A stretch of 64,000 nucleotides of DNA from Candidatus Hadarchaeales archaeon (GCA_038872135.1 JAVZGN010000001.1:64147-128146), one strand, 5' to 3'. Shown: positions 9,266-18,992, counted from the stretch's first letter. The notes: a model not told the origin generated them from the letters alone. Made by a program: numbers and translations.

Positions 9266-10300
9266 ATGGAAAAAGCCAGAGTGGCAATCGCCGGCCTTGG
9301 ATTCATGGGGAGAATGCACGCCCGCTGTTTGAGTACAATCCCAGAGGCAGAAGTCGTGGCGGCATGGTCAAAATTTCCTGAGGAGCACCAGAAGTTCCGG
9401 GAATTCACCGCAACTCTCGGCATGAACATCTCGGCCTACTACACAGAGCTGGAAAAAATGCTGGAGGATGAGAGGATAGATGCAGTTTTCTGTGCCATTC
9501 CCCCGAGGTTCATGGTTGAGGTTGCTTCAAAGATAGTTGAAGCTGGGAAGGCGACGCTGGTGGAATGTCCGCCGGGGAGCACACCAGAGGAAGTAGAATC
9601 TCTCAGCAAGCTTGTGAGAAGAAAAGGGGTGAAAGCCATGCCGGGACACTGCTACCGTTTTGCCCCCTGCTTCAGAAAAGCCAGAGAGCTCGCGGAAAAT
9701 CTTGGAAAACCATCGATGATCAACTTCAGGGAATTTGTTCCAGCCGAGAGCCTCGCCAGGCAATGGCCCCGCGGCTCCTGGATCTGGAAAAGGGAGAACG
9801 GTGGGCCGATTCCAACAATGACCGTCTTCACAATGGATTTGGCCCGGTGGTTGCTGAACTCCGAGCCATCCATCTCCTTCTCGATTCTTCAATGGCAGGA
9901 TATTGAAGAGCTTGGAATCCTCGGCTATGATGTGGTAAACATCCTCAGATTCAAAAATGGGGTTGTGTGGACAAATGAGTTCAGTGGCAGCGTTGGAAAA
10001 CTCATGAACAGCATGCAGCTTGAGATCATCTGCGAGGAAGGCCGGGTTTTGGCAGATGGTCCAGAGAGGGTCATCATGGAGGGAAAGGAAAGGGTCGAGG
10101 TGCCGCTGAATCTCACTAGGCAGGAGAGGTGGGGCCATAAGTTTCAGGACGAATACTTTGTGAAATCCGTGGTCATCAATGATGAAGACCCATCTGTGAC
10201 GCTGGAGGATGCAAAAAAGGCCCTGGAGATGTCCCTTTCCATCCTCAAATCAGGAGAAACTGGTCTTCCGGTCAAATTTGAGAATCTCCGCCAAAGTTAA
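9266..10300 (+). CDS. Gfo/Idh/MocA family NAD(P)-dependent oxidoreductase
   Basis: N-terminal Rossmann VAIAGLGFMGRMHA and conserved EKP-like region. Confidence 0.7.
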   Translation: MEKARVAIAGLGFMGRMHARCLSTIPEAEVVAAWSKFPEEHQKFREFTATLGMNISAYYTELEKMLEDERIDAVFCAIPPRFMVEVASKIVEAGKATLVECPPGSTPEEVESLSKLVRRKGVKAMPGHCYRFAPCFRKARELAENLGKPSMINFREFVPAESLARQWPRGSWIWKRENGGPIPTMTVFTMDLARWLLNSEPSISFSILQWQDIEELGILGYDVVNILRFKNGVVWTNEFSGSVGKLMNSMQLEIICEEGRVLADGPERVIMEGKERVEVPLNLTRQERWGHKFQDEYFVKSVVINDEDPSVTLEDAKKALEMSLSILKSGETGLPVKFENLRQS

Positions 10301-10328
10301 ATAGAGTCTTGACAACAGGGATTCGGAG

Positions 10329-10703
10329 ATGGTAGGCCTGCGATCGCTCAAGAGGTTCTTTGAAAAACCTGCTGAAAAGGAGCCTGAGGAGGTGAAGGAA
10401 GTTCCAGTGGTCGAGCTGGAGGAGAGCATGCCCTCTCCCACCCCAGAGCCTGTCTACATAAAAAGTCTAGAGCTGAAAAACCAGGTCGAGGTTCAAGATG
10501 TGATTTCAGAAGTTCAGAGCGGCAACATCATGATCGTCGACCTCGCCCCCCTCCTCAGCCAAGACCCAGCGCAGGTGAAGCAGGCGATAGATCAGCTCAA
10601 AGGCGCCTCGAGCAGGATAGGTGGGGAGATAGGAAAATTGACCGATTCCAAGATAATAATGACACCAAAGTTCATCAAGATCAAGTTCAAGAAATCAGAC
10701 TGA
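10329..10703 (+). CDS. sepF: SepF-like cell division protein (DUF552)
   Basis: C-terminal domain pattern NIMIVDLAPL...VKQAIDQLKGASSRIGGEIGKLTDSKIIMTP fits the SepF fold consensus. Confidence 0.55.
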   Translation: MVGLRSLKRFFEKPAEKEPEEVKEVPVVELEESMPSPTPEPVYIKSLELKNQVEVQDVISEVQSGNIMIVDLAPLLSQDPAQVKQAIDQLKGASSRIGGEIGKLTDSKIIMTPKFIKIKFKKSD

Positions 10704-10718
10704 TCCCGGTGCCGCCGG

Positions 10719-11267
10719 ATGGTTGAAAGAGATTTTGAGGTTGCAGTTGAAAGATGTCCACTCTGTGGTGCCGCAAATTCCTGCACCTTCAGAGGAAAAA
10801 TTCATGAGATTCCCTACTTTGGCGAGACAATGGAGAGCATCCTTTTCTGCACCTCATGCAACTTCAGGCATGCCGATGTCATGCACCTCGGCGAAAAAGA
10901 GCCCTCCAGACATGAATATAAAATAGCTTCCAAAGAGGACATGATGGTTAGGGTTGTTAGATCTAGCACCTGCCACATAAAGATCCCAGAGCTCGGCGTC
11001 CACGTCAGGCCCGGACCAATTGGAGAAGGCTTCGTCTCTAACATTGAGGGTGTGTTGGAAAGAGTTAAAAATGCCCTCCTAATCTTAAGAAACTCTACCT
11101 CTGAAAATAGCGAAAGCGCTGAGAAGAAGCTAAAGGAGATAGAGGATTTAAAAGAGGGGAGGAAAACGGCGACCCTCATCCTTGAAGATCCTTCAGGCAA
11201 CAGCGCGATAGTCAGCCAGAGAGCCGTTAGAAGAAGGCTCACAGAGGAGGAGATATCGCAACTCTAG
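10719..11267 (+). CDS. ZPR1-type zinc finger protein
   Basis: CPLCG...EIPYFGETMESILFCTSCNF matches the ZPR1 zinc-ribbon signature. Confidence 0.6.
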   Translation: MVERDFEVAVERCPLCGAANSCTFRGKIHEIPYFGETMESILFCTSCNFRHADVMHLGEKEPSRHEYKIASKEDMMVRVVRSSTCHIKIPELGVHVRPGPIGEGFVSNIEGVLERVKNALLILRNSTSENSESAEKKLKEIEDLKEGRKTATLILEDPSGNSAIVSQRAVRRRLTEEEISQL

Positions 11268-13192
11268 CGAAGTCTTATCGTCTCGAGATTCTGAGGAGCC
11301 CTCGTTTCCACCCTGAACATCTTGCGAATGGAGCTGGCAAAGTTTAGACATTTGCTCTCCTCCCCGTGAATGCTTACAACCCTCTCTGGCTTCGGCGATA
11401 TCTTCTTTATATAGTTCATCAGCTGGGTTCTGTCGGAGTGCCCGCTGAATCCTTCAACAGTCTTTATCTCCATGTTAACTTTGACCTCCTCCAGCCTTCC
11501 CTTCTCTCCCCTCAAGGGGATCTCCCTCCACCCCTTCTGAATCCTTCTCCCGAGCGACCCCTCCGATTGATAACCAACAAAGACAAGGGTGTTTTTTGGG
11601 TCGGGGGCGAGATTCTTGAAGTACTCTATAACTGGTCCCCCGGTCATCATTCCCGCTGTCGAGATTATCACGCAGGGCTCTCCTTCTATCACATCCTTTC
11701 TCTCGTCCGGCGTCTTCACCCTCTTGAAGATGTCTGAGAGGAAGGGGTTGGCATCCGCCTGAAATATCTGCTCTCTGAGCTCCCTCGAAAGATACTCTGG
11801 ATAGGCTGTGTGGACCGCTGTTGCCTCCCATATCATCCCATCCAGATAGACGGGGACATTTTCAAGCAGCCCCCTTCTGGTGCAGTCCTCGAGGAGAACC
11901 ATCATCTCCTGAGCCCTTCCAACAGCAAACGCCGGCACTATCACCTTGCCCCCTCTTTTTATCGTCTCCGCCACAGTTTTGATCAGCTCCTCCTCTGCCT
12001 GGGCCCTCCTCGGCTGAACATCGTTCACATCCCCATAGGTGGTGTCGATAAGCAGAGTTTCAACTCTCGGGAAAGTGAAAACTGCTGGAGAAAAAAGCCG
12101 GCTCTTGTCAAACTTTATATCCCCGGTGTAGACAACATTGTAAACTCCCTCCCCAATGTGGAAGTGGACGATGGCTGAACCAAGGATGTGGCCGGCGTTG
12201 TGAAGGGTAATTCTGATGTCTGGGGCTATGTCTGTCACATCCCCATAATCCAGCGGGATTGTGTGGGAGAGAAAGGTGGTGAGATCGCGCTTCGTGTATG
12301 GGAGTTCCTTGTCTTCCCTCTCGGCAACTTCAAGGTAATCCAGCTGGAGGAGGACTGCAAGATCTCTGGTTGGGGGTGTGCAGTAAACTGGACCATCATA
12401 GCCCTGCCTGTAGAGATAGGGAATGTATCCGCAGTGATCGAGATGGGCGTGGGTGAGAATCACCCCATCCAGATTTTCAAGCTCTGCCTCGGGAACATCC
12501 AGGTATGGATATGCTCGGTCCTCTGAAGCCACATTCACGCCACAGTCAATCATTACCCTGCTTTCAGGGGTCTGAAGGATGAAGCAGGACCTCCCGACCT
12601 CTCTGGCCCCTCCGAGCGCAGTTATCCTCACCCAGTCCCCCTTGCCCCCCTTGCTCCTGTGAATTCTCCTCCCGATTTTTCTGAGGATTTCCTTCCTCTC
12701 TTTCCCCGCCTGGATCATTGAGAGCCTTATGGTCCTCACCAAGTCAGACCTGATGGGCGGGGCCCTCACAACCCTTGGTGTCCATTTTATCTTGTACATG
12801 AGCTCTCTGAGAACAGAGCCCTCTTTCCCTATCGCCACACCTGGCTTCTCGGCCTCAATTGTGACCTCCCCAACATCCTCGCTGAAAATTATGTCAGTTA
12901 TTCCGGCTTCCTGAGGGATGAACTCTCTTATGATTTTTTCAGCCTTTTCCTTTGGGAGGAGGATTTCATCGTCTGGACGGAGAATTATTCTCTTCCTTAT
13001 CTTTTTGGCGAGATTTTTTATGGCATCTCCTTCCTGCGCCAGGATGTCGAGGTTTGTGCAGTAGAGGACGACCCTGGGCCCCTCGAAATCCACCTTCTTT
13101 ACCGACTCTCCAAAAGGTGACTCGGTCTTTACTATTCGTTCTATTTCTTTTAGCAGCTCTTCTCCAGGCATTTTATCATCGTGAGGAATCAA
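11264..13192 (-). CDS. fttA: aCPSF1/FttA: KH-domain beta-CASP metallo-beta-lactamase ribonuclease (transcription termination factor)
   Basis: Two N-terminal KH-like segments, HAHLDHCG metallo-beta-lactamase motif, beta-CASP region, ~640 aa. Confidence 0.9.
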   Translation of the reverse strand: MIPHDDKMPGEELLKEIERIVKTESPFGESVKKVDFEGPRVVLYCTNLDILAQEGDAIKNLAKKIRKRIILRPDDEILLPKEKAEKIIREFIPQEAGITDIIFSEDVGEVTIEAEKPGVAIGKEGSVLRELMYKIKWTPRVVRAPPIRSDLVRTIRLSMIQAGKERKEILRKIGRRIHRSKGGKGDWVRITALGGAREVGRSCFILQTPESRVMIDCGVNVASEDRAYPYLDVPEAELENLDGVILTHAHLDHCGYIPYLYRQGYDGPVYCTPPTRDLAVLLQLDYLEVAEREDKELPYTKRDLTTFLSHTIPLDYGDVTDIAPDIRITLHNAGHILGSAIVHFHIGEGVYNVVYTGDIKFDKSRLFSPAVFTFPRVETLLIDTTYGDVNDVQPRRAQAEEELIKTVAETIKRGGKVIVPAFAVGRAQEMMVLLEDCTRRGLLENVPVYLDGMIWEATAVHTAYPEYLSRELREQIFQADANPFLSDIFKRVKTPDERKDVIEGEPCVIISTAGMMTGGPVIEYFKNLAPDPKNTLVFVGYQSEGSLGRRIQKGWREIPLRGEKGRLEEVKVNMEIKTVEGFSGHSDRTQLMNYIKKISPKPERVVSIHGEESKCLNFASSIRKMFRVETRAPQNLETIRLR

Positions 13193-13812
13193 GCAAAGGA
13201 TTTGATGCTGGCGGGCGGTATCTCCCTGTAGCCGCCCCTATCGATCACAGCCACCATCACCTCGTTTCCTGTGGCGATATCCCTTTTCATCGCCGTTTTA
13301 ATGGCTTTTACCACTATTGGAAGGACCTCATCGATCTTCATCCCCTTCTTGATTTCGCTTTCGAGCACCCCATATGCCACGGACGACCCAGAGCCAGTTG
13401 CTGTCATTTCTTCCTCGGTAAGGCCCCCATCGATGTCAAGGAAGAAGAGTTTTGGTTTGTCCCCCTCGAGGCCACCGACGAGGAAATTTGCGATGAAGGG
13501 GAAAAGTGAGGAGGAATTGAGAATGTTGGCCAGAAGTCTCGCGCATGCCGTCACCCCCATCGGAGCCCCCTCATGCAACTGATAGTATGCTGCTTCCGCC
13601 CTCAGAAGATCAACCAGCTTTTGGGTGTCGGCCACGCTCCCGGCCGTCGTGAATGCTATGGTGTCGGTAATTTTGTATATCTTCTTGGCCTCTTTGCTGG
13701 CAATCAGATATCCTCCTGTGGCCCTCGTGTCGGTAGCAAGGACCACTCCATCCCTGCAGACCACCCCAACTGTGGTGGTCCCCTTCAGATATTCTGATTT
13801 ATCTGCTCTCAA
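13189..13812 (-). CDS. psmB: Proteasome subunit beta (with short propeptide)
   Basis: GTTTVGVVCRDGVVLATDTRAT mature N-terminus with catalytic Thr. The ORF-track start at 13914 overlaps egsA, so the start is probably TTG at 13812 preceded by GGAGATGG (inferred). Confidence 0.8.
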   Translation of the reverse strand: MRADKSEYLKGTTTVGVVCRDGVVLATDTRATGGYLIASKEAKKIYKITDTIAFTTAGSVADTQKLVDLLRAEAAYYQLHEGAPMGVTACARLLANILNSSSLFPFIANFLVGGLEGDKPKLFFLDIDGGLTEEEMTATGSGSSVAYGVLESEIKKGMKIDEVLPIVVKAIKTAMKRDIATGNEVMVAVIDRGGYREIPPASIKSFA

Positions 13813-13901
13813 TCCATCACCACAAAACGCCGCATAGAAGCAGCAAATAAAGGTTTTACCACCGATATTTAAACTTTGCCAGAATAGTTGGACTGAGGAA
13901 A

Positions 13902-14942
13902 TTGAAGGAGCCAAAATTCATTCAGCTTCCGAGAGAGATCTGGATGGGGCCGGGGGTGCTGAAGGAGACTCCTGGGGCATGTGAGAGGCTAGGGCTCAAG
14001 AAAAAAGCTGTGCTGGTGGCAGATGAAACAACCTATAAAATCGCTGGGGTGAGGGTTGAGAGGCTGCTGGAGAGCCGCGGGATCGATGTTTCTCCTGTGA
14101 TTATCACAAGCGCCACGATAGAGGAAGTGGAGAGGGTTAGGGGAGCCGAGCGCCCAGAGTTCTACATCGGAGTTGGAGGAGGGAAGGCAATAGATGTAGC
14201 GAAGCTGGCTTCATTTCTTGAAAAGGAACCATTCATCTCAATTCCAACGGCAGCTTCCCATGATGGCATTGCCTCATCGAGAGCATCGATAAAAGGGGGA
14301 AAAAAGCCGACTTCTATAGAGACCCATGCCCCTCTAGCCATCATCGCCGACACCCTGGTTATAAAAAAGGCACCCCACCGCCTTCTCGCCGCAGGATGTG
14401 GGGACCTTCTTGCAAACTTCACGGCCGTCTGGGACTGGCAGCTGGCCCATAGAATTAAAGGGGAGCCATACAGCGAGTATGCTGCGACACTATCCCTTGT
14501 GAGCGCTCAGATAGTAGTGGACAATGCGGAGGTGATAAGAAGGCATTCTGAGGAGAGCGTTAGGAAAGTTGTCAAGGCCCTCATCTCAAGCAGTGTGGCG
14601 ATGGCGATTGCTGGAAGCAGCCGCCCGGCAAGCGGGGCTGAGCACCTTTTCAGTCATGCTTTAGACATGGTTGCCGCAAAACCTGCTCTTCATGGGGAGC
14701 AGTGTGGGGTGGGGGCAATAATGATGGCCAAGCTCCATGGGAAGGATTGGAGGAAGATCAAGAAAACACTGGAAACTGTTGGGGCGCCCACAACCGCGGA
14801 GGAGCTTGGAGTCACGGCAGATGAAGTAATAACAGCGCTTGTGTCTGCCTGGAAGATCCGCCCGGAGAGGTACACTGTGCTTAGAAGAGGGCTGGAGAAG
14901 AAAGAGGCCGAGAAGCTTGCGAGAGAAACCGGCGTGATATAG
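13902..14942 (+). CDS. egsA: Glycerol-1-phosphate dehydrogenase [NAD(P)+] (archaeal lipid backbone)
   Basis: Iron-type ADH/DHQS-like fold, GGGKAIDVAK, ~346 aa typical for G1PDH. Confidence 0.75.
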   Translation: MKEPKFIQLPREIWMGPGVLKETPGACERLGLKKKAVLVADETTYKIAGVRVERLLESRGIDVSPVIITSATIEEVERVRGAERPEFYIGVGGGKAIDVAKLASFLEKEPFISIPTAASHDGIASSRASIKGGKKPTSIETHAPLAIIADTLVIKKAPHRLLAAGCGDLLANFTAVWDWQLAHRIKGEPYSEYAATLSLVSAQIVVDNAEVIRRHSEESVRKVVKALISSSVAMAIAGSSRPASGAEHLFSHALDMVAAKPALHGEQCGVGAIMMAKLHGKDWRKIKKTLETVGAPTTAEELGVTADEVITALVSAWKIRPERYTVLRRGLEKKEAEKLARETGVI

Positions 14943-14985
14943 GGAACCTTCCACCTTTTTATTTTTTCACCAGAATTATTTTTCG

Positions 14986-15624
14986 ATGAAGAAAAATCCC
15001 AGGGTTTTGCGGGAGATTCTCTACAGGGTTTATGAGAAGGGGGAGCTCTTCATGACCCAGAAATCTCTGGCGGAGAGCTGTGAGATTTCCCTTGACGCTG
15101 TGAACAGGGTCATCTCCAAGCTCTTCCAGTTTAGGGCAATTGAAAAAAAGCCTTTTGGCTTCAGGGTTGTTGAGCCGAAAAAAATTCTTCTTTACTGGGC
15201 GACCACTAGAAATCTTCAGGCAGACATCGTTTATTCAACCTACTCTCCAGATGCGCCCGAGGAGATAGAGAATGACATGCCCGAGGGCACCATTTTCACA
15301 GCATTTTCCGGCTACAAGAAGAAGTATGGGAGCTGTCCCCAGAGCTATGATGAGGTGCATGTTTATTCTAAAAACCCAGAGGAGATAAAGCGCAGGCATC
15401 CTGAGAGAGAGGCGGGGATTGAAAATATCATTGTTATGAGAATGGACCCCCACCTGGAAAAGCTGAGCGAGAAGTCTGTGCCCCCCATCGCCCAGATTTA
15501 CGTTGATCTATGGCAACTGGGGGGTTCCGCTGCCGAGCGTTGCCTCCTTGCGCTCGACGAAAAGCTGGAGGCGAGATCAACTGAAGCCTTCAAGCAGCTG
15601 ATTGGACTGCTTCCAAAAGCTTGA
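14986..15624 (+). CDS. Winged-helix domain protein of unknown function
   Basis: N-terminal wHTH-like segment LREILYRVYEKGELFMTQKSLAESCEISLDAVNRVISKL. Confidence 0.4.
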   Translation: MKKNPRVLREILYRVYEKGELFMTQKSLAESCEISLDAVNRVISKLFQFRAIEKKPFGFRVVEPKKILLYWATTRNLQADIVYSTYSPDAPEEIENDMPEGTIFTAFSGYKKKYGSCPQSYDEVHVYSKNPEEIKRRHPEREAGIENIIVMRMDPHLEKLSEKSVPPIAQIYVDLWQLGGSAAERCLLALDEKLEARSTEAFKQLIGLLPKA

Positions 15625-15684
15625 GTTCCTAGGATGAGCTAGCTTTAACCTTTTAAACTACTACTACCAATTTAGAAGGAGAAA

Positions 15685-15807
15685 ATGAAAATCGTCTGCC
15701 CAAGATGCAAACACGAGTGGAATTACCGTGGAAAATCAAAATACTACGTCACCTGCCCTCAGTGTCTTAGAAAGATAAAACTTGATGAACCGCCGGGGAG
15801 GAGATGA
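15685..15807 (+). CDS. 40-aa zinc-ribbon protein (absent from the ORF track); stop overlaps the minD-like start
   Basis: MKIVCPRCKHEWNYRGKSKYYVTCPQCLRKIKLDEPPGRR: CPRC...CPQC; SD-like AGGAG 6 nt upstream; TATA-like TTTTAAACT about 30 nt upstream. Confidence 0.5.
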   Translation: MKIVCPRCKHEWNYRGKSKYYVTCPQCLRKIKLDEPPGRR

Positions 15808-16601
15808 TGGTCAGAAGAAGGAGAGGGCTGGTGATGGGCATTTTCTCCGCAAAAGGAGGTGTGGGGAAGACAACCACAGTGGCTAATCTTGGCGCCGCAA
15901 TTTCGCAGAAGTTAAAGGGGAAGGTCATAATCACCGAGACGAACATGACAGCTTCAAACCTAGGGCTTCACCTGGGAATTGTTGACCCGCCGGTAGTAAT
16001 TCAGGATGTGGTTTACGGGAGGGTGAAGATAAGCGATGCGATAATAAAAACTGAGTATGGGCTGCATGTTCTCCCCGGCTCTGTAGCCTACACAGAAGAA
16101 GTCGGCCCGATAGACCTATCCCCGGTGATAGAGGAGCTGAGAAAAAAATACAGCTTGGTTCTGTTGGATACTGCTCCTGGGTTTGCCATGGAAGTGATTG
16201 CCGGGATGAAGGTCTCCGATGAAATCCTCGTCTGCTGCCAGCCCCATGTGCCAGCAATTGCCGGGACCCTTCAGACGTTCAGGATGGCTGACCGCATGAA
16301 GCTCCCCGTCTTTGGTGTTGTCATGACGAGGGTTGCTGGAAAGAGATACGAGATTCCGATAACAGATATCAGGAGAACCCTTGGCTGGCCAACGCTGGTC
16401 CAGATCCCGGAAGATGACATGGTGCCGGAGAGCATCACCAGGGGGGTGCCGGTGGTCATGTATTCTCCAAACTCTCCAGCCGCCGTCGAGTACAGGAAGC
16501 TGGCTCAGATGGTAATATCCCACTTGAGGGCAAGAAAGAGGAAACATTTGGGCGCAAGAAAGAGAAAAACCTCTAAGAGCACCGGTAAAAGGAGAAGGTG
16601 A
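15804..16601 (+). CDS. MinD/ParA-family ATPase with Arg/Lys-rich C-terminal tail
   Basis: Deviant Walker A SAKGGVGKTT; C-terminal tail RARKRKHLGARKRKTSKSTGKRRR. Confidence 0.8.
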   Translation: MMVRRRRGLVMGIFSAKGGVGKTTTVANLGAAISQKLKGKVIITETNMTASNLGLHLGIVDPPVVIQDVVYGRVKISDAIIKTEYGLHVLPGSVAYTEEVGPIDLSPVIEELRKKYSLVLLDTAPGFAMEVIAGMKVSDEILVCCQPHVPAIAGTLQTFRMADRMKLPVFGVVMTRVAGKRYEIPITDIRRTLGWPTLVQIPEDDMVPESITRGVPVVMYSPNSPAAVEYRKLAQMVISHLRARKRKHLGARKRKTSKSTGKRRR

Positions 16602-16613
16602 TGGGGGATAAAA

Positions 16614-17138
16614 TTGTTGTGCGTCCTACTTCTCGCCATCATCACTCCCATCTCAAGGCTGTATGCTCCTCTTCCAGAAGACCTCAGGAAAACTAGAAGA
16701 AAATTTCCTTTAAAAAAGGGTGTGCCGCAGATCCTGGAAGAAAAATCGCGCGAAACATTCAGAGCCCTTCTTAGCCATGGTCACGCCGGGCTCTGGATAA
16801 CGGCCACCCAGCCGGAAGAGGTCAGGAAAAAACACAAGCTTTTTCTCACACCAATTTTATGGTTGACAACCGAGAGAGATGATGAGCTGTCGATTGCTCC
16901 AACCAACCTTGAAAGGATACTGAAGGTTTGCCAGCACTTTCTATCAAATGCCAGAAATCCCGCTATTTTCATAGAATATCCTGAGACGATAATCTCTGCA
17001 AATGGGCTTGAGAAAACAATAGAATTTTTTAAGAAACTCAAGGAGCTGTGCAAGAAGGAAGAGGCCATACTCATCATCCGAGGAGCTGGGCTTGGAAAAA
17101 GAAAAATCCAAGAGATAAATGAGGCTATTTCTGGCTGA
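16614..17138 (+). CDS. Hypothetical protein downstream of the MinD-like ATPase
   Basis: ORF only; hydrophobic N-terminus. Confidence 0.3.
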   Translation: MLCVLLLAIITPISRLYAPLPEDLRKTRRKFPLKKGVPQILEEKSRETFRALLSHGHAGLWITATQPEEVRKKHKLFLTPILWLTTERDDELSIAPTNLERILKVCQHFLSNARNPAIFIEYPETIISANGLEKTIEFFKKLKELCKKEEAILIIRGAGLGKRKIQEINEAISG

Positions 17139-17370
17139 GGTGGCCCAGGGCTCTCCCTATCTCCAAATATGCCCAAGCCCAAATCAGACACTCGAAGCTC
17201 TTTATTAGATCTCCCTTCCCAGCAAAATGCTCTGAGTCGCTTCTGTAGGCGAGGATATTTTTCAAAAACTTTTCTCCCATTTCCGATGTCGCGGCGGTTT
17301 CGGCCAGGCTCTGGTCGAGCTTTTTACTCCACTTCTCAATTTCTCCCCGAAGCTCTTCCTCTAGATCCAT
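17125..17370 (-). CDS. Hypothetical 81-aa protein co-oriented with the dphB-nnrE fusion (10-nt overlap)
   Basis: ORF only; acidic and helical. Confidence 0.3.
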   Translation of the reverse strand: MDLEEELRGEIEKWSKKLDQSLAETAATSEMGEKFLKNILAYRSDSEHFAGKGDLIKSFECLIWAWAYLEIGRALGHLSQK

Positions 17371-18794
17371 CCATCCACCTCAAGGGGAATCCCGATATCG
17401 GCCACGATTAGCTCGCCAACAAATTCCGGCTTCTTTTGCAGCCCAATCTTAGGCCGGTGGAATGTTACGGTGGCATCGGCTTTGACTGCCTTTCCCAGAA
17501 TTTTTCCAGACTCTGCATCGAGGCCAGATGGAACATCGACAGCAACTTTAAAGGCCCTCGAGGAGTTTATCAGATCTATCACCGAAGCTTGGGGTTCTCC
17601 CACCTCCCCTTTTAACCCTGTTCCAAAAATTGCATCGACCACGGCCTCCGCGGAAGAAAGGGCTTCTCCAAGCTTTTCAAGGAAATCTCCGCCCATTGTC
17701 GTCAGCTGAACTCCTTTCAGCTGCTTCAGTCGGTTCCAGTTGAGCTCTGCCCTCTCGCTCCTGATGTCTTTTTCCTGTCCAACCAAGAAGACATGGACGG
17801 AGGCTCCACTGTTGGCGAGATATCTCGCCGCAACAAAGCCGTCCCCACCGTTGTCCCCTGTCCCGGCGGCCACGACAACTTTTCTGCAGCCTTTTCTAGA
17901 GACGAAATCTGCAACAGCCTTTCCGGCGTTCTCCATCAAAAGGAGTCTTGGGACCCCGGCTGCCTCAGCCCTCTCCTCAATCCTCCGCATTTCCGCCGGA
18001 GTTATGTATCTCTCACCCCTGGTTTTCATCCCGCCAAGAATCTGCAGGGCCTCCGCCTCCAGGAAGTGGAGATTTCCCGGAACGATGAGGATGTGGGGGG
18101 GAGGGCCAAAGTCCCGTGAAAGAAGATCTCTGACCCTGCCTGAAACCACAACCCCATCTTCGCTTCCAGCCCTAGCCACCCCAACAACAAGAGTGTCCTC
18201 GGTGAACACCCCTTTCTTGAACCTCCTTTCGAGCTCCAGCATCACCCTCAGCCCTTCATTGAGAGTCATTGCCCTTCCCTCTTCAACCCTCAAATCCATC
18301 AGAAGCAGTGTGTGGAGCCCCCTTCTCAGATTCTCCGCCAAAACATCATAGGGTCGGGAAGAAATGTTGTCCTCAAAAGGAACCGTGGCGGAAGCCCCGA
18401 ATTTGTAGCTTTGAAGACCCGCAACCCCGGCCGCGGCGGAGAAAATGCTTCCGGCGTGAATCACCCTTGTTTTTATCCCGCGTTTTTCTGCCCGCAGCCT
18501 GAGGTCAACGTGGGTTGTGGCAACCATCGGGTCACCGGGCACAAGGAGGACAACCTTTTGAGTTCTCGCTGCATCGAGAATTTCTTCGGGGTTTTCCTCG
18601 ATTTTTTTCCTGTTGACTACTTCCACCGGCTTTCCAACCATTCTTTCCAGCTCTGCTCTTGATAATCCAGGAACAATGCTTGTGTAAAGCTCTGCATACA
18701 CTTTATCGGCTGTTCTTGCCTCATCCAACCCATCCAATGAAATCCCGCGCCTGGTGAGGCCCAAGCCCACGAAGACGAGCATCTGGCAAGACAT
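17361..18794 (-). CDS. dphB: Fusion protein: diphthine synthase (DphB/Dph5) N-terminal domain plus NAD(P)H-hydrate epimerase (YjeF-N/NnrE) C-terminal domain
   Basis: N-terminal 260 aa matches archaeal diphthine synthase (GLGL, YAELYTS, GDPMVATTH, GLHTLL, PPHILIVPGNLH). C-terminal 215 aa carries YjeF-N motifs (LLLMENAGKAV, AGTGDNGGDGFVAARYL). One open frame with no stop between the two parts. Confidence 0.8.
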   Translation of the reverse strand: MSCQMLVFVGLGLTRRGISLDGLDEARTADKVYAELYTSIVPGLSRAELERMVGKPVEVVNRKKIEENPEEILDAARTQKVVLLVPGDPMVATTHVDLRLRAEKRGIKTRVIHAGSIFSAAAGVAGLQSYKFGASATVPFEDNISSRPYDVLAENLRRGLHTLLLMDLRVEEGRAMTLNEGLRVMLELERRFKKGVFTEDTLVVGVARAGSEDGVVVSGRVRDLLSRDFGPPPHILIVPGNLHFLEAEALQILGGMKTRGERYITPAEMRRIEERAEAAGVPRLLLMENAGKAVADFVSRKGCRKVVVAAGTGDNGGDGFVAARYLANSGASVHVFLVGQEKDIRSERAELNWNRLKQLKGVQLTTMGGDFLEKLGEALSSAEAVVDAIFGTGLKGEVGEPQASVIDLINSSRAFKVAVDVPSGLDAESGKILGKAVKADATVTFHRPKIGLQKKPEFVGELIVADIGIPLEVDGWI

Positions 18795-18960
18795 TTACAT
18801 CAGAATTTTAAAGCGGTTCTCCTCGGTCCTTTGACTTGGAGGCTACTGCCTTTCGCTTCATTTTCTCATTCGGCTTTTGGGGGGGAGTTCCAAGTCAGAC
18901 GCTTAAAGAAAAACCCTTGGCGCAGCAAACCTGATTGTGACCAACTGCATCACGCCAGAA

Positions 18961-18968
18961 TTTTAAAG
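18961..18968 (+). promoter_or_regulatory. TATA-box-like element for tRNA-Lys
   Basis: TTTTAAAG centred about 29 nt upstream of the tRNA 5' end. Confidence 0.4.
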
Positions 18969-18992
18969 CAAAGGGGCAAAGTCTATGCTGGT

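Noticed and set aside
9527-10138. 203-aa minus-strand ORF
   Set aside because: It is antisense inside the Gfo/Idh/MocA oxidoreductase gene.
17740-18351. 203-aa plus-strand ORF
   Set aside because: It is antisense inside the dphB-nnrE fusion gene, with no motifs.
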